A stretch of DNA of 33,627 nucleotides, taken from contig CAXHJY010001181.1 of NCBI GenBank assembly GCA_964016885.1, positions 1-33,627 on the forward strand, read 5' to 3'. The notes under the pieces were generated by a model. The model was not told the DNA's origin. It was given only the letters and a program-made list of their open reading frames with translations, and did not search any database. This DNA comes from Eledone cirrhosa (Eukaryota). The translations under genes and the position numbers were made by a program. Shown here one piece after another: positions 31,791-33,627 of the stretch. Positions within the stretch are counted from its first letter, which is position 1. Each line of letters starts with the position of its first letter.

Positions 31791-33222
31791 CGCACAAATA
31801 TAAGATTAGTATAAACTGGGGACACGGTACTGGTTGTGATAGCATAGTCCTGTGCATGGATTACCACCAAGAGATGGATTGATGATTAGATAGATAATCG
31901 TATTGTTAAGTGAGTATATAGTGTAAGCGACCAGTTCATTGAATTATGAACGTAATCATCTTGATGTGGACTCCTTTAATACCTATTAATAGACTCCACT
32001 CTAGCTTGGAGATGTGATACATAATTGATTTATATTTGAGACGGGGGTTGTCTACTACCTGATGGCCAGACTAGTGCGTTTATGTGAGAGATCGGATCTC
32101 CGGACCATACCGAAGATTTACTGGGGATGCAGGCAAGCAATGACCCGGAGCCTACCGGGTGGCATATATAGTAGTGGGACCATACCAGGTCCTACTGTTG
32201 TATTACATTTGCATGGAGCAGTGACTTGAGAGTCTGACTCCTCTTATAGAACGTTCAGATATGACACCCCTTAATTATTGGTTGGCAATCATCCTAGTAT
32301 ATACACCCTTGTACTTCTTAATGAACAACTCTCTAACTTATAAATGGGTACCATACTCTAGATATTAGTTATAACTTCACATGATAGGCACGTATTTGAA
32401 TCACCATTAATATAGTTTAGCATAGTAATGTAACTAAAATAACTAGCTAGTTACCTCCCCTTACGCATTAATTCCCCTTAATCATTCAGGCACTTCCGGA
32501 ATTTGGACAGCATGATATAATAATTAAGAACCGACTGGATACCGTTTATAGCTTGACTATATGCTGAACCACTGCGAATTATACGATAGACGCGTGTTCT
32601 CTATATATATATTGCGTCTCATGGATTATGTGAGTAGTGGTGTGAGCAAGGACAGTGGTACGACCTTGCCTACGATACAATAAGGTTTATAGTATGTTGA
32701 AGGTTTTTGATATTTTGGTGTTTCCCCGCATCCGAGACTGTATATCATACAGATGTATGAGAATTAATGACTTAATAATTCAGCCTATATTATAAGATCG
32801 ATTGCCTGCTTCAACTGCCTGACCCTGCAAATATCATTCTGATGCACTCTAATCATGTATAGATAAGACAAGCGTGCATGCTACACTGGAGATTGCTTCA
32901 TGCACTGACTACTCTAAGCTTTCCTCTTGCTTTATCTTCATAGACTGCCAACGCTTCATGTTTATCTTTATTTTCACTCTTGCTTTTATTTTATTTTATT
33001 TTTATCATGTAACACTTTATATGTAAATTGCCACGCTGTTTCATTTGATGAATGTCACCCCACTGTTGATCAATATGCACATATGTTTTATGTGTCTCTT
33101 GGGTTGAAAAGGAGGTCAAGTATGTTATAAATAGTTGCTCCGAAGAATCCAAACCTCGGTTTGGAGGAAACAATTGTAAGCAAATAAATGACTTAAACTG
33201 AACTTTGATTACTGTAATCTCT
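31784..33222 (+). repeat. Element D right arm (inverted copy of 3' UTR)
   Basis: Reverse complement of 27693-29129. Confidence 0.95.
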
Positions 33223-33627
33223 ATATAACTGCTCTGTATAACAACTGATGTTATTACATTGAGCTATTTAACTTACTGGTAATAGGATAGTAATTAAAGA
33301 CTATCTCTCCCTATTTAGGGTTTGTATATATATAATATATTACCATCAAAGGTTTTATTCCATACATAACCATAAATAGTACCCTTAATACTATATATAT
33401 ATATATATATACAATATAATATTATAAAGCTGAGTGTCGTGTGTATGTATCCTACATACCTCCCTATTAGTTTCTTAGCTTTACTCTCTCCGTCGCTCTT
33501 CCCTCTCTCTAAAGTAGATCATTCCCCCTCTCTATAATCTAACTGCTTTACTCTCTGTCTCTCTTCACTCTCTATATGACAACACTGTTTTACTTCCGTA
33601 TCTACCTTCAATATATCAATATATACC

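Larger units (their letters stand above)
27693..33222 (-). mobile_element. Element D: near full-length Naiad-like PLE with ~1.44-kb inverted repeats
   Basis: Inverted repeat 27693-29129 / 31784-33222 (I see ~5 substitutions and one 2-nt indel) around a minus-strand RT-GIY-YIG ORF; microsatellite flanks. Confidence 0.92.

Overview
AT-rich eukaryotic (metazoan) genomic DNA, probably from an octopod cephalopod judging by two SINE families I recall and the dense microsatellites; this is not database-verified. Most of the window is a cluster of Penelope-like retroelements (PLEs, RT + GIY-YIG endonuclease) from at least three lineages, stacked into (TA)n microsatellites. There are five RT-bearing copies: A 1742-3617 and D 27693-33222 (Naiad-like); B 9350-14087 and C 22308-27421 (one related lineage, tentatively Nematis-like); and E 15306-19137 (Neptune-like). 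B, C and D are head-to-head inverted insertions with near-identical arms of about 0.45, 1.9 and 1.4 kb. By eye I find 11 minimal type I hammerhead ribozyme motifs from about 7 families, several with palindromic helix III and a recurrent U.U at the base of helix II. Four observations stand out. (1) A non-coding, highly structured ~410-nt hammerhead unit is inserted as two more-than-unit-length, differently permuted, inverted copies (14305-15239), a candidate circRNA retrozyme mobilised by the PLEs. (2) Element E has a cryptic ~449-codon ORF1 joined to its RT frame by a correctly phased U_UUU_UUA -1 slippery site. (3) The 3' tails of B and C encode the same conserved 27-codon N-terminal peptide behind a conserved promoter-like module, so these elements appear permuted. 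(4) Short palindromes sit at inversion junctions. A few possible host exons lie at 19.9-21.0 kb. Most short ORFs in the track are microsatellite or antisense artefacts.
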